Below, one piece after another: positions 41,101-55,700 of a stretch of DNA of 64,000 nucleotides (within the stretch, counting starts at the first letter, position 1; each line of letters starts with the position of its first letter). The notes beneath the pieces were generated by a model. It made no database searches. It worked only from the letters and a program-made list of their open reading frames with translations, and had not been told where the DNA came from. Source of the DNA: Eledone cirrhosa (lineage: Eukaryota); assembly GCA_964016885.1 (NCBI GenBank), contig OZ024740.1, positions 25,668,001-25,732,000 of the forward strand, read 5' to 3'. A program made the position numbers and the translations under genes.

Positions 41101-44100
41101 TCTATTGTAGTTCTAGTTACTTCTATTGTACTTGTAGTTATTTCTATTGTAGTTGCAGTTACTTCTATTGTAGTTGTAGTTATTTCTATTGCAGTTGTAG
41201 ATACTCCTATTGTAGTTTTAGATACTTCTATTGTAGATGTAGATACTTATATTGTAGTTGTAGAAACTTCTATTGTAGTTGTAGTTATTTCTATTGTAGG
41301 TGTAGTTACTTCTATTGTAGTTGTAGTTACTTCTATTGTAGTTGTAGTTACTTCTAGTGTAGTTGTAGTTACTTCTATTGTAGTTGTAGTTACTTCTCTT
41401 GTAGTTGTAGTTACTTCTATTGTACTTGTAGTTATTTCTATTGTAGTTGTAGTTATTTCTATTGTAGTTGTAGTTACTTCTCTTGTAGTTGTAGTTACTT
41501 CTATTGTAGTTGTAGTTATTTCTATTGTAGTTGTAGTTACTTCTCTTGTAGTTGTAGTTACTTCTATTGTAGTTGTAGTTACTTCTATTGTAGTTGTAGT
41601 TACTTCTATTGTAGTTGTAGTTACTTCTATTGTATTTGTAGTTACTTCTATTGTAGTTGTAGTTACTTCTATTGTAGTTGTAGTTATTTCTATTGTAGTT
41701 GTAGTTACTTCTCTTGTAGTTGTAGTTACTTCTATTGTAGTTGTAGTTATTTCTATTGTAGTTGTAGTTACTTCTCTTGTAGTTGTAGTTACTTCTATTG
41801 TAGTTGTAGTTACTTCTATTGTAGTTGTAGATACTCCTATTGTAGTTGTAGATACTTCTATTGTTGTTGTAGTTACTTCTATTGTAGTTGTAGTTACTGC
41901 TATTGTAGTTGTAGTTATTTCTATTGTAGTTGTAGTTACTTCTATTGTAGTTGTAGTTATTTCTATTGTAGTTGTAGATACTCCTATTGTAGTTGTAGAT
42001 ACTTCTATTGTAGATGTAGATACTTCTATTGTAGTTGTAGAAGCTTCTATTGTAGATGTTGTTACTCCTATTGTAGTTGTAGTTACTTCTATTGTAGTTG
42101 TAGTTAATTCTATTGTAGTTGTAGTTACTTCTATTGTAGTTGTAGATACTCCCATTGTAGTTGTAGTTACTTCTATTGTAGTTGTAGATATTTCTATTGT
42201 AGTTGTAGTTACTTCTCTTGTAGTTGTAGTTACTTCTATTGTAGTTGTAGTTACTTCTATTGTAGTTGTAGTTACTTCTATTGTAGTTGTAGTTATTACT
42301 ATTGTAGTTGTAGTTACTTCTATTGTAGTTGTAGTTACTTCTATTGTAGTTGTAGTTATTTCTATTGTAGTTGTAGTTACTTCTCTTGTAGTTGTAGTTA
42401 CTTCTATTGTAGTTGTAGTTACTTCTATTGTAGTTGTAGTTACTTCTATTGTAGTTGTAGTTACTTCTATTGTAGTTGTAGTTATTACTATTGTAGTTGT
42501 AGTTACTTCTATTGTAGTTGTAGTTACTTCTATTGAATTTGTAGTTACTTCTATTGTAGTTGTAGTTACTTCTATTGTAGTTGTAGTTATTTCTATTGTA
42601 GTTGTAGTTACTTCTATTGTAGTTGTAGTTACTTCTATTGTAGTTGTAGTTACTTCTATTGTAGTTGTAGTTATTTCTATTGTAGTTGTAGTTACTTCTA
42701 TTGTAGTTGTAATTATTTCTATTGTAGTTGTAGTTATTTCTATTGTAGGTGTAGTTACTTCTATTGTAGTTGTAGTTACTTCTATTGTAGTTGTAGATAC
42801 TCCTATTGTAGTTGTAGTTACTTCTATTGTAGTTGCAGTTACTTCTATTGTAGTTGTAGTTACTTCTATTGTAGTTGTAGTTATTTCTATTGTAGTTGTA
42901 GTTACTTCTATTGTAGTTGTAGTTACTTCTATTGTAGTTGTAGTTATTTCTATTGTAGTTGTAGTTACTTCTCTTGTAGTTGTAGTTACTTCTATTGTAG
43001 TTGTAGTTACTTCTATTGTAGTTGTAGATACTCCTATTGTAGTTGTAGTTACTTCTATTGTAGTTGCAGTTACTTCTATTGTAGTTGTAGATAGTCCTAT
43101 TGTAGTTGTAGTTACTTCTATTGTAGTTGCAGTTACTTCTATTGTAGTTGTAGTTACTTCTATTGTAGTTGTAGTTATTTCTATTGCAGTTGTAGATACT
43201 TCTATTGTAGTTGTAGATACTTCTATTGTAGATGTAGATACTTATATTGTAGTTGTAGAAGCTTCTATTGTAGTTGTAGTTATTTCTATTGTAGGTGTAG
43301 TTACTTCTATTGTAGTTGTAGTTACTTCTATTGTAGTTGTAGTTACTTCTATTGTAGTTGTAGTTACTTCTATTGTAGTTGTAGTTACTTCTATTGTAGT
43401 TGTAGTTACTTCTATTGTAGTTGTAGTTACTTCTATTGTAGTTGTAGTTACTTCTATTGTAGTTCTAGTTACTTCTATTGTACTTGTAGTTATTTCTATT
43501 GTAGTTGTAGTTATTTCTATTGTAGTTGTAGTTACCTCTCTTGTAGTTGTAGTTACTTCTATTGTAGTTGTAGCTATTTCTATTGTAGTTGTAGTTACTT
43601 CTATTGTAGTTGTATTTACTTCTAGTGTAGTTGTAGTTACTTCTATTGTAGTTGTAGTTACTACTATTGTAGTTGTAGTTACTTCTATTGTAGTTGCAGT
43701 TACTTCTATTGTAGTTGTAGATACTCCTATTGTAGTTGTAGTTACTTCTATTGTAGTTGCAGTTACTTCTATTGTAGTTGCAGTTACTTCTATTGTAGTT
43801 GTAGTTATTTCTATTGCAGTTGTAGATACTCCTATTGTAGTTTTAGATACTTCTATTGTAGATGTAGATACTTATATTGTAGTTGTAGAAACTTCTATTG
43901 TAGTTGTAGTTATTTCTATTGTAGGTGTAGTTACTTCTATTGTAGTTGTAGTTACTTCTATTGTAGTTGTAGTTATTTCTATTGTAGTTGTAGTTACTTC
44001 TATTGTAGTTGTAGTTACTTCTAGTGTAGTTGTAGTTACTTCTATTGTAGTTGTAGTTACTTCTCTTGTAGTTGTAGTTACTTCTATTGTACTTGTAGTT

Positions 44101-47100
44101 ATTTCTATTGTAGTTGTAGTTATTTCTATTGTAGTTGTAGTTACTTCTCTTGTAGTTGTAGTTACTTCTATTGTAGTTGTAGTTATTTCTATTGTATTTG
44201 TAGTTACTTCTCTTGTAGTTGTAGTTACTTCTATTGTAGTTGTAGTTACTTCTATTGTAGTTGTAGTTACTTCTATTGTAGTTGTAGTTACTTCTATTGT
44301 AGTTGTAGTTACTTCTATTGTAGTTGTAGTTACTTCTATTGTAGTTGTAGTTACTTCTATTGTAGTTGTAGTTACTTCTATTGTAGTTCTAGTTACTTCT
44401 ATTGTACTTGTAGTTATTTCTATTGTAGTTGTAGTTATTTCTATTGTAGTTGTAGTTACTTCTCTTGTAGTTGTAGTTACTTCTATTGTAGTTGTAGTTA
44501 TTTCTATTGTAGTTGTAGTTACTTCTATTGTAGTTGTATTTACTTCTAGTGTAGTTGTAGTTACTTCTATTGTAGTTGTAGATACTCCTATTGTAGTTGT
44601 AGTTACTTCTATTGTAGTTGCAGTTACTTCTATTGTAGTTGCAGTTACTTCTATTGTAGTTGTAGTTATTTCTATTGCAGTTGTAGATACTCCTATTGTA
44701 GTTTTAGATACTTCTATTGTAGATGTAGATACTTATATTGTAGTTGTAGAAACTTCTATTGTAGTTGTAGTTATTTCTATTGTAGGTGTAGTTACTTCTA
44801 TTGTAGTTGTAGTTACTTCTATTGTAGTTGTAGTTATTTCTATTGTAGTTGTAGTTACTTCTATTGTAGTTGTAGTTACTTCTAGTGTAGTTGTAGTTAC
44901 TTCTATTGTAGTTGTAGTTACTTCTCTTGTAGGTGTAGTTACTTCTATTGTACTTGTAGTTATTTCTATTGTAGTTGTAGTTATTTCTATTGTAGTTGTA
45001 GTTACTTCTCTTGTAGTTGTAGTTACTTCTATTGTAGTTGTAGTTATTTCTATTGTAGTTGTAGTTACTTCTCTTGTAGTTGTAGTTACTTCTATTGTAG
45101 TTGTAGTTACTTCTATTGTAGTTGTAGATACTCCTATTGTAGTTGTAGATACTTCTATTGTTGTTGTAGTTACTTCTATTGTAGTTGTAGTTACTGCTAT
45201 TGTAGTTGTAGTTATTTCTATTGTAGTTGTAGTTACTTCTATTGTAGTTGTAGTTACTGCTATTGTAGTTGTAGTTATTTCTATTGTAGTTGTAGTTACT
45301 TCTATTGTAGTTGTAGTTATTTCTATTGTAGTTGTAGATACTCCTATTGTAGTTGTAGATACTTCTATTGTAGATGTAGATACTTCTATTGTAGTTGTAG
45401 AAGCTTCTATTGTAGTTGTAGTTACTTCTATTGTAGTAGTAGATACTCCCATTGTAGTTGTAGTTACTTCTATTGTAGTTGTAGATATTTCTATTGTAGT
45501 TGTAGTTACTTCTCTTGTAGTTGTAGTTATTCTATTGTAGTTGTAGTTACTTCTATTGTAGTTGTAGTTACTTCTATTGTAGTTGTAGTTATTACTATTG
45601 TAGTTGTAGTTACTTCTATTGTAGTTGTAGTTACTTCTATTGTAGTTGTAGTTATTTCTATTGTAGTTGTAGTTACTTCTCTTGTAGTTGTAGTTACTTC
45701 TATTGTAGTTGTAGTTACTTCTATTGTAGTTGTAGTTACTTCTATTGTAGTTGTAGTTACTTCTATTGTAGTTGTAGTTATTACTATTGTAGTTGTAGTT
45801 ACTTCTATTGTAGTTGTAGTTACTTCTATTGAATTTGTAGTTACTTCTATTGTAGTTGTAGTTACTTCTATTGTAGTTGTAGTTATTTCTATTGTAGTTG
45901 TAGTTACTTCTATTGTAGTTGTAGTTACTTCTATTGTAGTTGTAGTTACTTCTATTGTAGTTGTAGTTATTTCTATTGTAGTTGTAGTTACTTCTATTGT
46001 AGTTGTAATTATTTCTATTGTAGTTGTAGTTATTTCTATTGTAGGTGTAGTTACTTCTATTGTAGTTGTAGTTACTTCTATTGTAGTTGTAGATACTCCT
46101 ATTGTAGTTGTAGTTACTTCTATTGTAGTTGCAGTTACTTCTATTGTAGTTGTAGTTACTTCTATTGTAGTTGTAGTTATTTCTATTGTAGTTGTAGTTA
46201 CTTCTATTGTAGTTGTAGTTACTTCTATTGTAGTTGTAGTTATTTCTATTGTAGTTGTAGTTACTTCTCTTGTAGTTGTAGTTACTTCTATTGTAGTTGT
46301 AGTTACTTCTATTGTAGTTGTAGATACTCCTATTGTAGTTGTAGTTACTTCTATTGTAGTTGCAGTTACTTCTATTGTAGTTGTAGATAGTCCTATTGTA
46401 GTTGTAGTTACTTCTATTGTAGTTGCAGTTACTTCTATTGTAGTTGTAGTTACTTCTATTGTAGTTGTAGTTATTTCTATTGCAGTTGTAGATACTTCTA
46501 TTGTAGTTGTAGATACTTCTATTGTAGATGTAGATACTTATATTGTAGTTGTAGAAGCTTCTATTGTAGTTGTAGTTATTTCTATTGTAGGTGTAGTTAC
46601 TTCTATTGTAGTTGTAGTTACTTCTATTGTAGTTGTAGTTACTTCTATTGTAGTTGTAGTTACTTCTATTGTAGTTGTAGTTACTTCTATTGTAGTTGTA
46701 GTTACTTCTATTGTAGTTGTAGTTACTTCTATTGTAGTTGTAGTTACTTCTATTGTAGTTCTAGTTACTTCTATTGTACTTGTAGTTATTTCTATTGTAG
46801 TTGTAGTTATTTCTATTGTAGTTGTAGTTACTTCTCTTGTAGTTGTAGTTACTTCTATTGTAGTTGTAGTTATTTCTATTGTAGTTGTAGTTACTTCTAT
46901 TGTAGTTGTATTTACTTCTAGTGTAGTTGTAGTTACTTCTATTGTAGTTGTAGTTACTACTATTGTAGTTGTAGTTACTTCTATTGTAGTTGCAGTTACT
47001 TCTATTGTAGTTGTAGATACTCCTATTGTAGTTGTAGTTACTTCTATTGTAGTTGCAGTTACTTCTATTGTAGTTGCAGTTACTTCTATTGTAGTTGTAG

Positions 47101-50100
47101 TTATTTCTATTGCAGTTGTAGATACTCCTATTGCAGTTTTAGATACTTCTATTGTAGATGTAGATACTTATATTGTAGTTGTAGAAACTTCTATTGTAGT
47201 TGTAGTTATTTCTATTGTAGGTGTAGTTACTTCTATTGTAGTTGTAGTTACTTCTATTGTAGTTGTAGTTATTTCTATTGTAGTTGTAGTTACTTCTATT
47301 GTAGTTGTAGTTACTTCTAGTGTAGTTGTAGTTACTTCTATTGTAGTTGTAGTTACTTCTCTTGTAGTTGTAGTTACTTCTATCTATTGTACTTGTAGTT
47401 ATTTCTATTGTAGTTGTAGTTATTTCTATTGTAGTTGTAGTTACTTCTCTTGTAGTTGTAGTTACTTCTATTGTAGTTGTAGTTATTTCTATTGTAGTTG
47501 TAGTTACTTCTCTTGTAGTTGTAGTTACTTCTATTGTAGTTGTAGTTACTTCTATTGTAGTTGTAGATACTCCTATTGTAGTTGTAGATACTTCTATTGT
47601 TGTTGTAGTTACTTCTATTGTAGTTGTAGTTACTGCTATTGTAGTTGTAGTTATTTCTATTGTAGTTGTAGTTACTTCTATTGTAGTTGTAGTTATTTCT
47701 ATTGTAGTTGTAGATACTCCTATTGTAGTTGTAGATACTTCTATTGTAGATGTAGATACTTCTATTGTAGTTGTAGAAGCTTCTATTGTAGATGTTGTTA
47801 CTCCTATTGTAGTTGTAGTTACTTCTATTGTAGTTGTAGTTAATTCTATTGTAGTTGTAGTTACTTCTATTGTAGTTGTAGATACTCCCATTGTAGTTGT
47901 AGTTACTTCTATTGTAGTTGTAGATATTTCTATTGTAGTTGTAGTTACTTCTCTTGTAGTTGTAGTTACTTCTATTGTAGTTGTAGTTACTTCTATTGTA
48001 GTTGTAGTTACTTCTATTGTAGTTGTAGTTATTACTATTGTAGTTGTAGTTACTTCTATTGTAGTTGTAGTTACTTCTATTGAATTTGTAGTTACTTCTA
48101 TTGTAGTTGTAGTTACTTCTATTGTAGTTGTAGTTATTTCTATTGTAGTTGTAGTTACTTCTATTGTAGTTGTAGTTACTTCTATTGTAGTTGTAGTTAC
48201 TTCTATTGTAGTTGTAGTTATTTCTACTGTAGTTGTAGTTACTTCTATTGTAGTTGTAATTATTTCTATTGTAGTTGTAGTTACTTCTCTTGTAGTTGTA
48301 GTTAGTTCTATTGTAGTTGTAGTTACTTCTATTGTAGTTGTAGTTACTTCTATTGTAGTTGTTGTTACTTCTATTGTAGTTGTAGTTATTTCTATTGTAG
48401 TTGTAGTTACTTCTATTGTAGTTGTAGTTACTTCTATTGTAGTTGTAGTTACTTCTATTGTAGTTGTAGTTACTTCTATTGTAGTTGTAGTTACTTCTAT
48501 TGTAGTTGTAGTTATTTCTATTGTAGTTGTAGTTACTTCTATTGTAGTTGTAGTTACTTCTATTGTAGTTGTAGTTACTTCTATTGTAGTTGTAGTTACT
48601 TCTATTGTAGTTGAAGTTACTTCTATTGTAGTTGTAGTGACTTCTATTGTAGTTGTAGTTATTTCTATTGTAGTTGTAGTTACTTCTATTGTAGTTGTAG
48701 TTACTTCTATTGTAGTTGTAGTTATTTCTATTGTAGTTGTAGTTACTTCTATTGTAGTTGTAGTTACTTCTATTGTAGTTGTACTTACTTCTATTGTAGT
48801 TGTAGTTATTTCTATTGTAGTTGTAGTTACTTCTATTGTAGTTGTAATTATTTCTATTGTAGTTGTAGTTACTTCTCTTGTAGTTGTAGTTAGTTCTATT
48901 GTAGTTGTAGTTACTTCTATTGTAGTTGTAGTTACTTCTATTGTAGTTGTTGTTACTTCTATTGTAGTTGTAGTTATTTCTATTGTAGTTGTAGTTACTT
49001 CTATTGTAGTTGTAGTTACTTCTATTGTAGTTGTAGTTACTTCTATTGTAGTTGTAGTTACTTCTATTGTAGTTGTAGTTATTTCTATTGTAGTTGTAGT
49101 TACTTCTATTGTAGTTGTAGTTACTTCTATTGTAGTTGTAGTTACTTCTATTGTAGTTGTAGTTACTTCTATTGTAGTTGTAGTTACTTCTATTGTAGTT
49201 GTAGATACTTCTATTGTAGTTGTATATACTTGTATTGTAGTTGTAGTTACTTCTATTGTAGTTGTAGTTACTTCTATTGTAGTTGTAGTTACTTCTATTG
49301 TAGTTGTAGTTACTTCTATTGTAGTTGTAGTTACTTCTATTGTAGTTGTAGATACTCCTATTGTAGTTGTAGTTACTTCTATTGTAGTTGCAGTTACTTC
49401 TATTGTAGTTGTAGATAGTCCTATTGTAGTTGTAGTTACTTCTATTGTAGTTGCAGTTACTTCTATTGTAGTTGTAGTTACTTCTATTGTAGTTGTAGTT
49501 ATTTCTATTGCAGTTGTAGATACTTCTATTGTAGTTGTAGATACTTCTATTGTAGATGTAGATACTTATATTGTAGTTGTAGAAGCTTCTATTGTAGTTG
49601 TAGTTATTTCTATTGTAGGTGTAGTTACTTCTATTGTAGTTGTAGTTACTTCTATTGTAGTTGTAGTTACTTCTATTGTAGTTGTAGTTACTTCTATTGT
49701 AGTTGTAGTTACTTCTATTGTAGTTGTAGTTACTTCTATTGTAGTTGTAGTTACTTCTATTGTAGTTGTAGTTACTTCTATTGTAGTTCTAGTTACTTCT
49801 ATTGTACTTGTAGTTATTTCTATTGTAGTTGTAGTTATTTCTATTGTAGTTGTAGTTACTTCTCTTGTAGTTGTAGTTACTTCTATTGTAGTTGTAGTTA
49901 TTTCTATTGTAGTTGTAGTTACTTCTATTGTAGTTGTATTTACTTCTAGTGTAGTTGTAGTTACTTCTATTGTAGTTGTAGTTACTACTATTGTAGTTGT
50001 AGTTACTTATATTGTAGTTGCAGTTACTTCTATTGTAGTTGTAGATACTCCTATTGTAGTTGTAGTTACTTCTATTGTAGTTGCAGTTACTTCTATTGTA

Positions 50101-52250
50101 GTTGCAGTTACTTCTATTGTAGTTGTAGTTATTTCTATTGCAGTTGTAGATACTCCTATTGTAGTTTTAGATACTTCTATTGTAGATGTAGATACTTATA
50201 TTGTAGTTGTAGAAACTTCTATTGTAGTTGTAGTTATTTCTATTGTAGGTGTAGTTACTTCTATTGTAGTTGTAGTTACTTCTATTGTAGTTGTAGTTAT
50301 TTCTATTGTAGTTGTAGTTACTTCTATTGTAGTTGTAGTTACTTCTAGTGTAGTTGTAGTTACTTCTATTGTAGTTGTAGTTACTTCTCTTGTAGTTGTA
50401 GTTACTTCTATTGTACTTGTAGTTATTTCTATGGTAGTTGTAGTTATTTCTATTGTAGTTGTAGTTACTTCTCTTGTAGTTGTAGTTACTTCTATTGTAG
50501 TTGTAGTTATTTCTATTGTAGTTGTAGTTACTTCTCTTGTAGTTGTAGTTACTTCTATTGTAGTTGTAGTTACTTCTATTGTAGTTGTAGATACTCCTAT
50601 TGTAGTTGTAGATACTTCTATTGTTGTTGTAGTTACTTCTATTGTAGTTGTAGTTACTGCTATTGTAGTTGTAGTTATTTCTATTGTAGTTGTAGTTACT
50701 TCTATTGTAGTTGTAGTTATTTCTATTGTAGTTGTAGATACTCCTATTGTAGTTGTAGATACTTCTATTGTAGATGTAGATACTTCTATTGTAGTTGTAG
50801 AAGCTTCTATTGTAGATGTTGTTACTCCTATTGTAGTTGTAGTTACTTCTATTGTAGTTGTAGTTAATTCTATTGTAGTTGTAGTTACTTCTATTGTAGT
50901 TGTAGATACTCCCATTGTAGTTGTAGTTACTTCTATTGTAGTTGTAGATATTTCTATTGTAGTTGTAGTTACTTCTCTTGTAGTTGTAGTTACTTCTATT
51001 GTAGTTGTAGTTACTTCTATTGTAGTTGTAGTTACTTCTATTGTAGTTGTAGTTATTACTATTGTAGTTGTAGTTACTTCTATTGTAGTTGTAGTTACTT
51101 CTATTGTAGTTGTAGTTATTTCTATTGTAGTTGTAGTTACTTCTCTTGTAGTTGTAGTTACTTCTATTGTAGTTGTAGTTACTTCTATTGTAGTTGTAGT
51201 TACTTCTATTGTAGTTGTAGTTACTTCTATTGTAGTTGTAGTTATTACTATTGTAGTTGTAGTTACTTCTATTGTAGTTGTAGTTACTTCTATTGAATTT
51301 GTAGTTACTTCTATTGTAGTTGTAGTTACTTCTATTGTAGTTGTAGTTATTTCTATTGTAGTTGTAGTTACTTCTATTGTAGTTGTAGTTACTTCTATTG
51401 TAGTTGTAGTTACTTCTATTGTAGTTGTAGTTATTTCTATTGTAGTTGTAGTTACTTCTATTGTAGTTGTAATTATTTCTATTGTAGTTGTAGTTACTTC
51501 TCTTGTAGTTGTAGTTAGTTCTATTGTAGTTGTAGTTACTTCTATTGTAGTTGTAGTTACTTCTATTGTAGTTGTTGTTACTTCTATTGTAGTTGTAGTT
51601 ATTTCTATTGTAGTTGTAGTTACTTCTATTGTAGTTGTAGTTACTTCTATTGTAGTTGTAGTTACTTCTATTGTAGTTGTAGTTACTTCTATTGTAGTTG
51701 TAGTTACTTCTATTGTAGTTGTAGTTATTTCTATTGTAGTTGTAGTTACTTCTATTGTAGTTGTAGTTACTTCTATTGTAGTTGTAGTTACTTCTATTGT
51801 AGTTGTAGTTACTTCTATTGTAGTTGTAGTTACTTCTATTGTAGTTGTAGTTACTTCTATTGTAGTTGTAGTTACTTCTATTGTAGTTGTAGTTACTTCT
51901 ATTGTAGTTGTAGTTACTTCTATTGTAGTTGTAGTTACTTCTATTGTAGTTGTAGTTATTTCTATTGTAGTTGTAGTTACTTCTATTGTAGTTGTAGTTA
52001 CTTCTATTGTAGTTGTAGTTACTTCTATTGTAGTTGTAGTTATTTCTATTGTAGTTGTAGTTACTTCTATTGTAGTTGTAATTATTTCTATTGTAGTTGT
52101 AGTTACTTCTCTTGTAGTTGTAGTTAGTTCTATTGTAGTTGTAGTTACTTCTATTGTAGTTGTAGTTACTTCTATTGTAGTTGTTGTTACTTCTATTGTA
52201 GTTGTAGTTATTTCTATTGTAGTTGTAGTTACTTCTATTGTAGTTGTAGT
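35150..52250. repeat. Higher-order repeat block with about six related units of 2.4-3.3 kb
   Basis: The GATACTCCCAT marker ends at 33608, 36821, 39446, 42155, 45452, 47891 and 50915. The spacings are 3213, 2625, 2709, 3297, 2439 and 3024, equal to 153, 125, 129, 157, about 116 and 144 monomers. The same ordered set of variant monomers recurs in each unit. Confidence 0.88.
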
Positions 52251-52749
52251 TACTTCTATTGTAGTTGTAGATACTCCCATTGTAGTTGTAGTTACTTCTA
52301 TTGTAGTTGTAGATATTTCTATTGTAGTTGTAGTTACTTCTCTTGTAGTTGTAGTTACTTCTATTGTAGTTGTAGTTACTTCTATTGTAGTTGTAGTTAC
52401 TTCTATTGTAGTTGTAGATACTTCTATTGTAGATGTAGATACTTCTATTGTAGTTGTAGAAGCTTCTATTGTAGATGTTGTTACTCCTATTGTAGTTGTA
52501 GTTACTTCTATTGTAGTTGTAGTTAATTCTATTGTAGTTGTAGTTACTTCTATTGTAGTTGTAGATACTCCCATTGTAGTTGTAGTTACTTCTATTGTAG
52601 TTGTAGATATTTCTATTGTAGTTGTAGTTACTTCTATTGTAGTTGTAGTTATTTCTATTGTAGTTGTAGTTACTTCTATTGTAGTTGTAGTTACTTCTAT
52701 TGTAGTTGTAGTTACTTCTATTGTAGTTGTAGTTATTTCTATTGTAGTT

Positions 52750-55700
52750 GTAGTTACTTCTATTATAGTTGTAGTTACTTCTATTGCAGTTGTAGTTACT
52801 TCTATTGTAGTTGTAGTTACTTCTATTATAATTGTAGATACTTCTATTGTAGTTGTAGTTACTTCTATTGTAGTTGTAGTTACTTCTATTGTAGTTGTAG
52901 TTATTTCTACTGTAGTTGTAGTTACTTCTATTGTAGTTGTAGTTACTTCTATTGTAGTTGTATTTAGTTCTATTGTAGTTGTAGTTACTTCTATTGTAGT
53001 TGTAGTTACTTCTATTGTAGTTGTAGTTAATTCTATTGTAGTTGTAGTTACTTCTATTGTAGTTGTAGATACTCCCATTGTAGTTGTAGTTACTTCTATT
53101 GTAGTTGTAGATACTTCTATTGTAGTTGTAGTTATTTCTATTGTAGTTGTAGTTACTTCTCTTGTAGTTGTAGTTACTTCTATTGTAGTTGTAGTTACTT
53201 CTATTGTAGTTGTAGTTACTTCTATTGTAGTTGTAGTTACTTCTATTGTAGTTGTAGTTATTACTATTGTAGTTGTAGTTACTTCTATTGTAGTTGTAGT
53301 TACTTCTATTGAATTTGTAGTTACTTCTATTGTAGTTGTAGTTACTTCTATTGTAGTTGTAGTTACTTCTATTATAATTGTAGATACTTCTATTGTAGTT
53401 GTAGTTACTTCTATTGTAGTTGTAGTTACTTCTATTGTAGTTGTAGTTATTTCTACTGTAGTTGTAGTTACTTCTATTGTAGTTGTAGTTACTTCTATTG
53501 TAGTTGTATTTACTTCTATTGTAGTTGTAGTTACTTCTATTGTAGTTGTAGTTACTTCTATTGTAGTTGTAGTTAATTCTATTGTAGTTGTAGTTACTTC
53601 TATTGTAGTTGTAGATACTCCCATTGTAGTTGTAGTTACTTCTATTGTAGTTGTAGATACTTCTATTGTAGTTGTAGTTATTTCTATTGTAGTTGTAGTT
53701 ACTTCTCTTGTAGTTGTAGTTACTTCTATTGTAGTTGTAGTTACTTCTATTGTAGTTGTAGTTACTTCTATTGTAGTTGTAGTTACTTCTATTGTAGTTG
53801 TAGTTATTACTATTGTAGTTGTAGTTACTTCTATTGTAGTTGTAGTTACTTCTATTGAATTTGTAGTTACTTCTATTGTAGTTGTAGTTACTTCTATTGT
53901 AGTTGTAGTTATTTCTATTGTAGTTGTAGTTACTTCTATTGTAGTTGTAGTTACTTCTATTGTAGTTGTAGTTACTTCTATTGTAGTTGTAGTTATTTCT
54001 ATTGTAGTTGTAGTTACTTCTATTGTAGTTGTACTTACTTCTATTGTAGTTGTAGTTACTTCTATTGTAGTTGTAGTTACTTCTATTGTAGTTGTAGATA
54101 CTTCTATTGTAGTTGTATATACTTGTATTGTAGTTGTAGTTACTTCTATTGTAGTTGTAGTTACTTCTATTGTAGTTGAAGTTACTTCTATTGTAGTTGT
54201 AGTTACTTCTATTGTAGTTGTAGTTACTTCTATTGTAGTTGTAGTTACTTCTATTATAATTGTAGATACTTCTATTGTAGTTGTAGTTACTTCTATTGTA
54301 GTTGTAGTTACTTCTATTGTAGTTGTAGTTATTTCTACTGTAGTTGTAGTTACTTCTATTGTAGTTGTAGTTACTTCTATTGTAGTTGTATTTACTTCTA
54401 TTGTAGTTGTAGTTACTTCTATTGTAGTTGTAGTTACTTCTATTGTAGTTGTAGTTAATTCTATTGTAGTTGTAGTTACTTCTATTGTAGTTGTAGATAC
54501 TCCCATTGTAGTTGTAGTTACTTCTATTGTAGTTGTAGATACTTCTATTGTAGTTGTAGTTATTTCTATTGTAGTTGTAGTTACTTCTCTTGTAGTTGTA
54601 GTTACTTCTATTGTAGTTGTAGTTACTTCTATTGTAGTTGTAGTTACTTCTATTGTAGTTGTAGTTACTTCTATTGTAGTTGTAGTTATTACTATTGTAG
54701 TTGTAGTTACTTCTATTGTAGTTGTAGTTACTTCTATTGAATTTGTAGTTACTTCTATTGTAGTTGTAGTTACTTCTATTGTAGTTGTAGTTATTTCTAT
54801 TGTAGTTGTAGTTACTTCTATTGTAGTTGTAGTTACTTCTATTGTAGTTGTAGTTACTTCTATTGTAGTTGTAGTTATTTCTATTGTAGTTGTAGTTACT
54901 TCTATTGTAGTTGTACTTACTTCTATTGTAGTTGTAGTTACTTCTATTGTAGTTGTAGTTACTTCTATTGTAGTTGTAGATACTTCTATTGTAGTTGTAT
55001 ATACTTGTATTGTAGTTGTAGTTACTTCTATTGTAGTTGTAGTTACTTCTATTGTAGTTGAAGTTACTTCTATTGTAGTTGTAGTTACTTCTATTGTAGT
55101 TGTAGTTACTTCTATTGTAGTTGTAGATACTCCTATTGTAGTTGTAGTTACTTCTATTGTAGTTGCAGTTACTTCTATTGTAGTTGTAGATACTCCTATT
55201 GTAGTTGTAGTTACTTCTATTGTAGTTGCAGTTACTTCTATTGTAGTTGTACTTACTTCTATTGTAGTTGTAGTTATTTCTATTGCAGTTGTAGATACTC
55301 CTATTGTAGTTTTAGATACTTCTATCGTAGTTGTAGTTACTTCTATTGTAGATGTAGATACTTATATTGTAGTTGTAGAAGCTTCTATTGTAGTTGTAGT
55401 TATTTCTATTGTAGATGTAGTTACTTCTCTTGTAGTTGTAGTTACTTCTATTGTAGTTGTAGTTATTTCTATTGTAGTTGTAGTTACTTCTATTGTAGTT
55501 GTAGTTACTTCTATTGTAGTTGTAGTTACTTCTATTGTAGTTGTAGTTACTTCTATTGTAGTTGTAGTTACTTCTATTGTAGTTGTAGTTACTTCTATTG
55601 TAGTTGTAGTTACTTCTCTTGTAGTTGTAGTTACTTCTATTGTACTTGTAGTTATTTCTATTGTAGTTGTAGTTATTTCTATTGTAGTTGTAGTTACTTC

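Noticed and set aside
50196-54506. Thr-rich minus-strand ORFs as a mucin or adhesin gene
   Set aside because: The (IEVTTTT)n composition is mucin-like, but the frame is broken by about 50 frameshifts and recurrent TAA stops that were amplified with the repeats. No signal peptide, anchor or unique sequence is in view. A decayed coding origin cannot be fully excluded.
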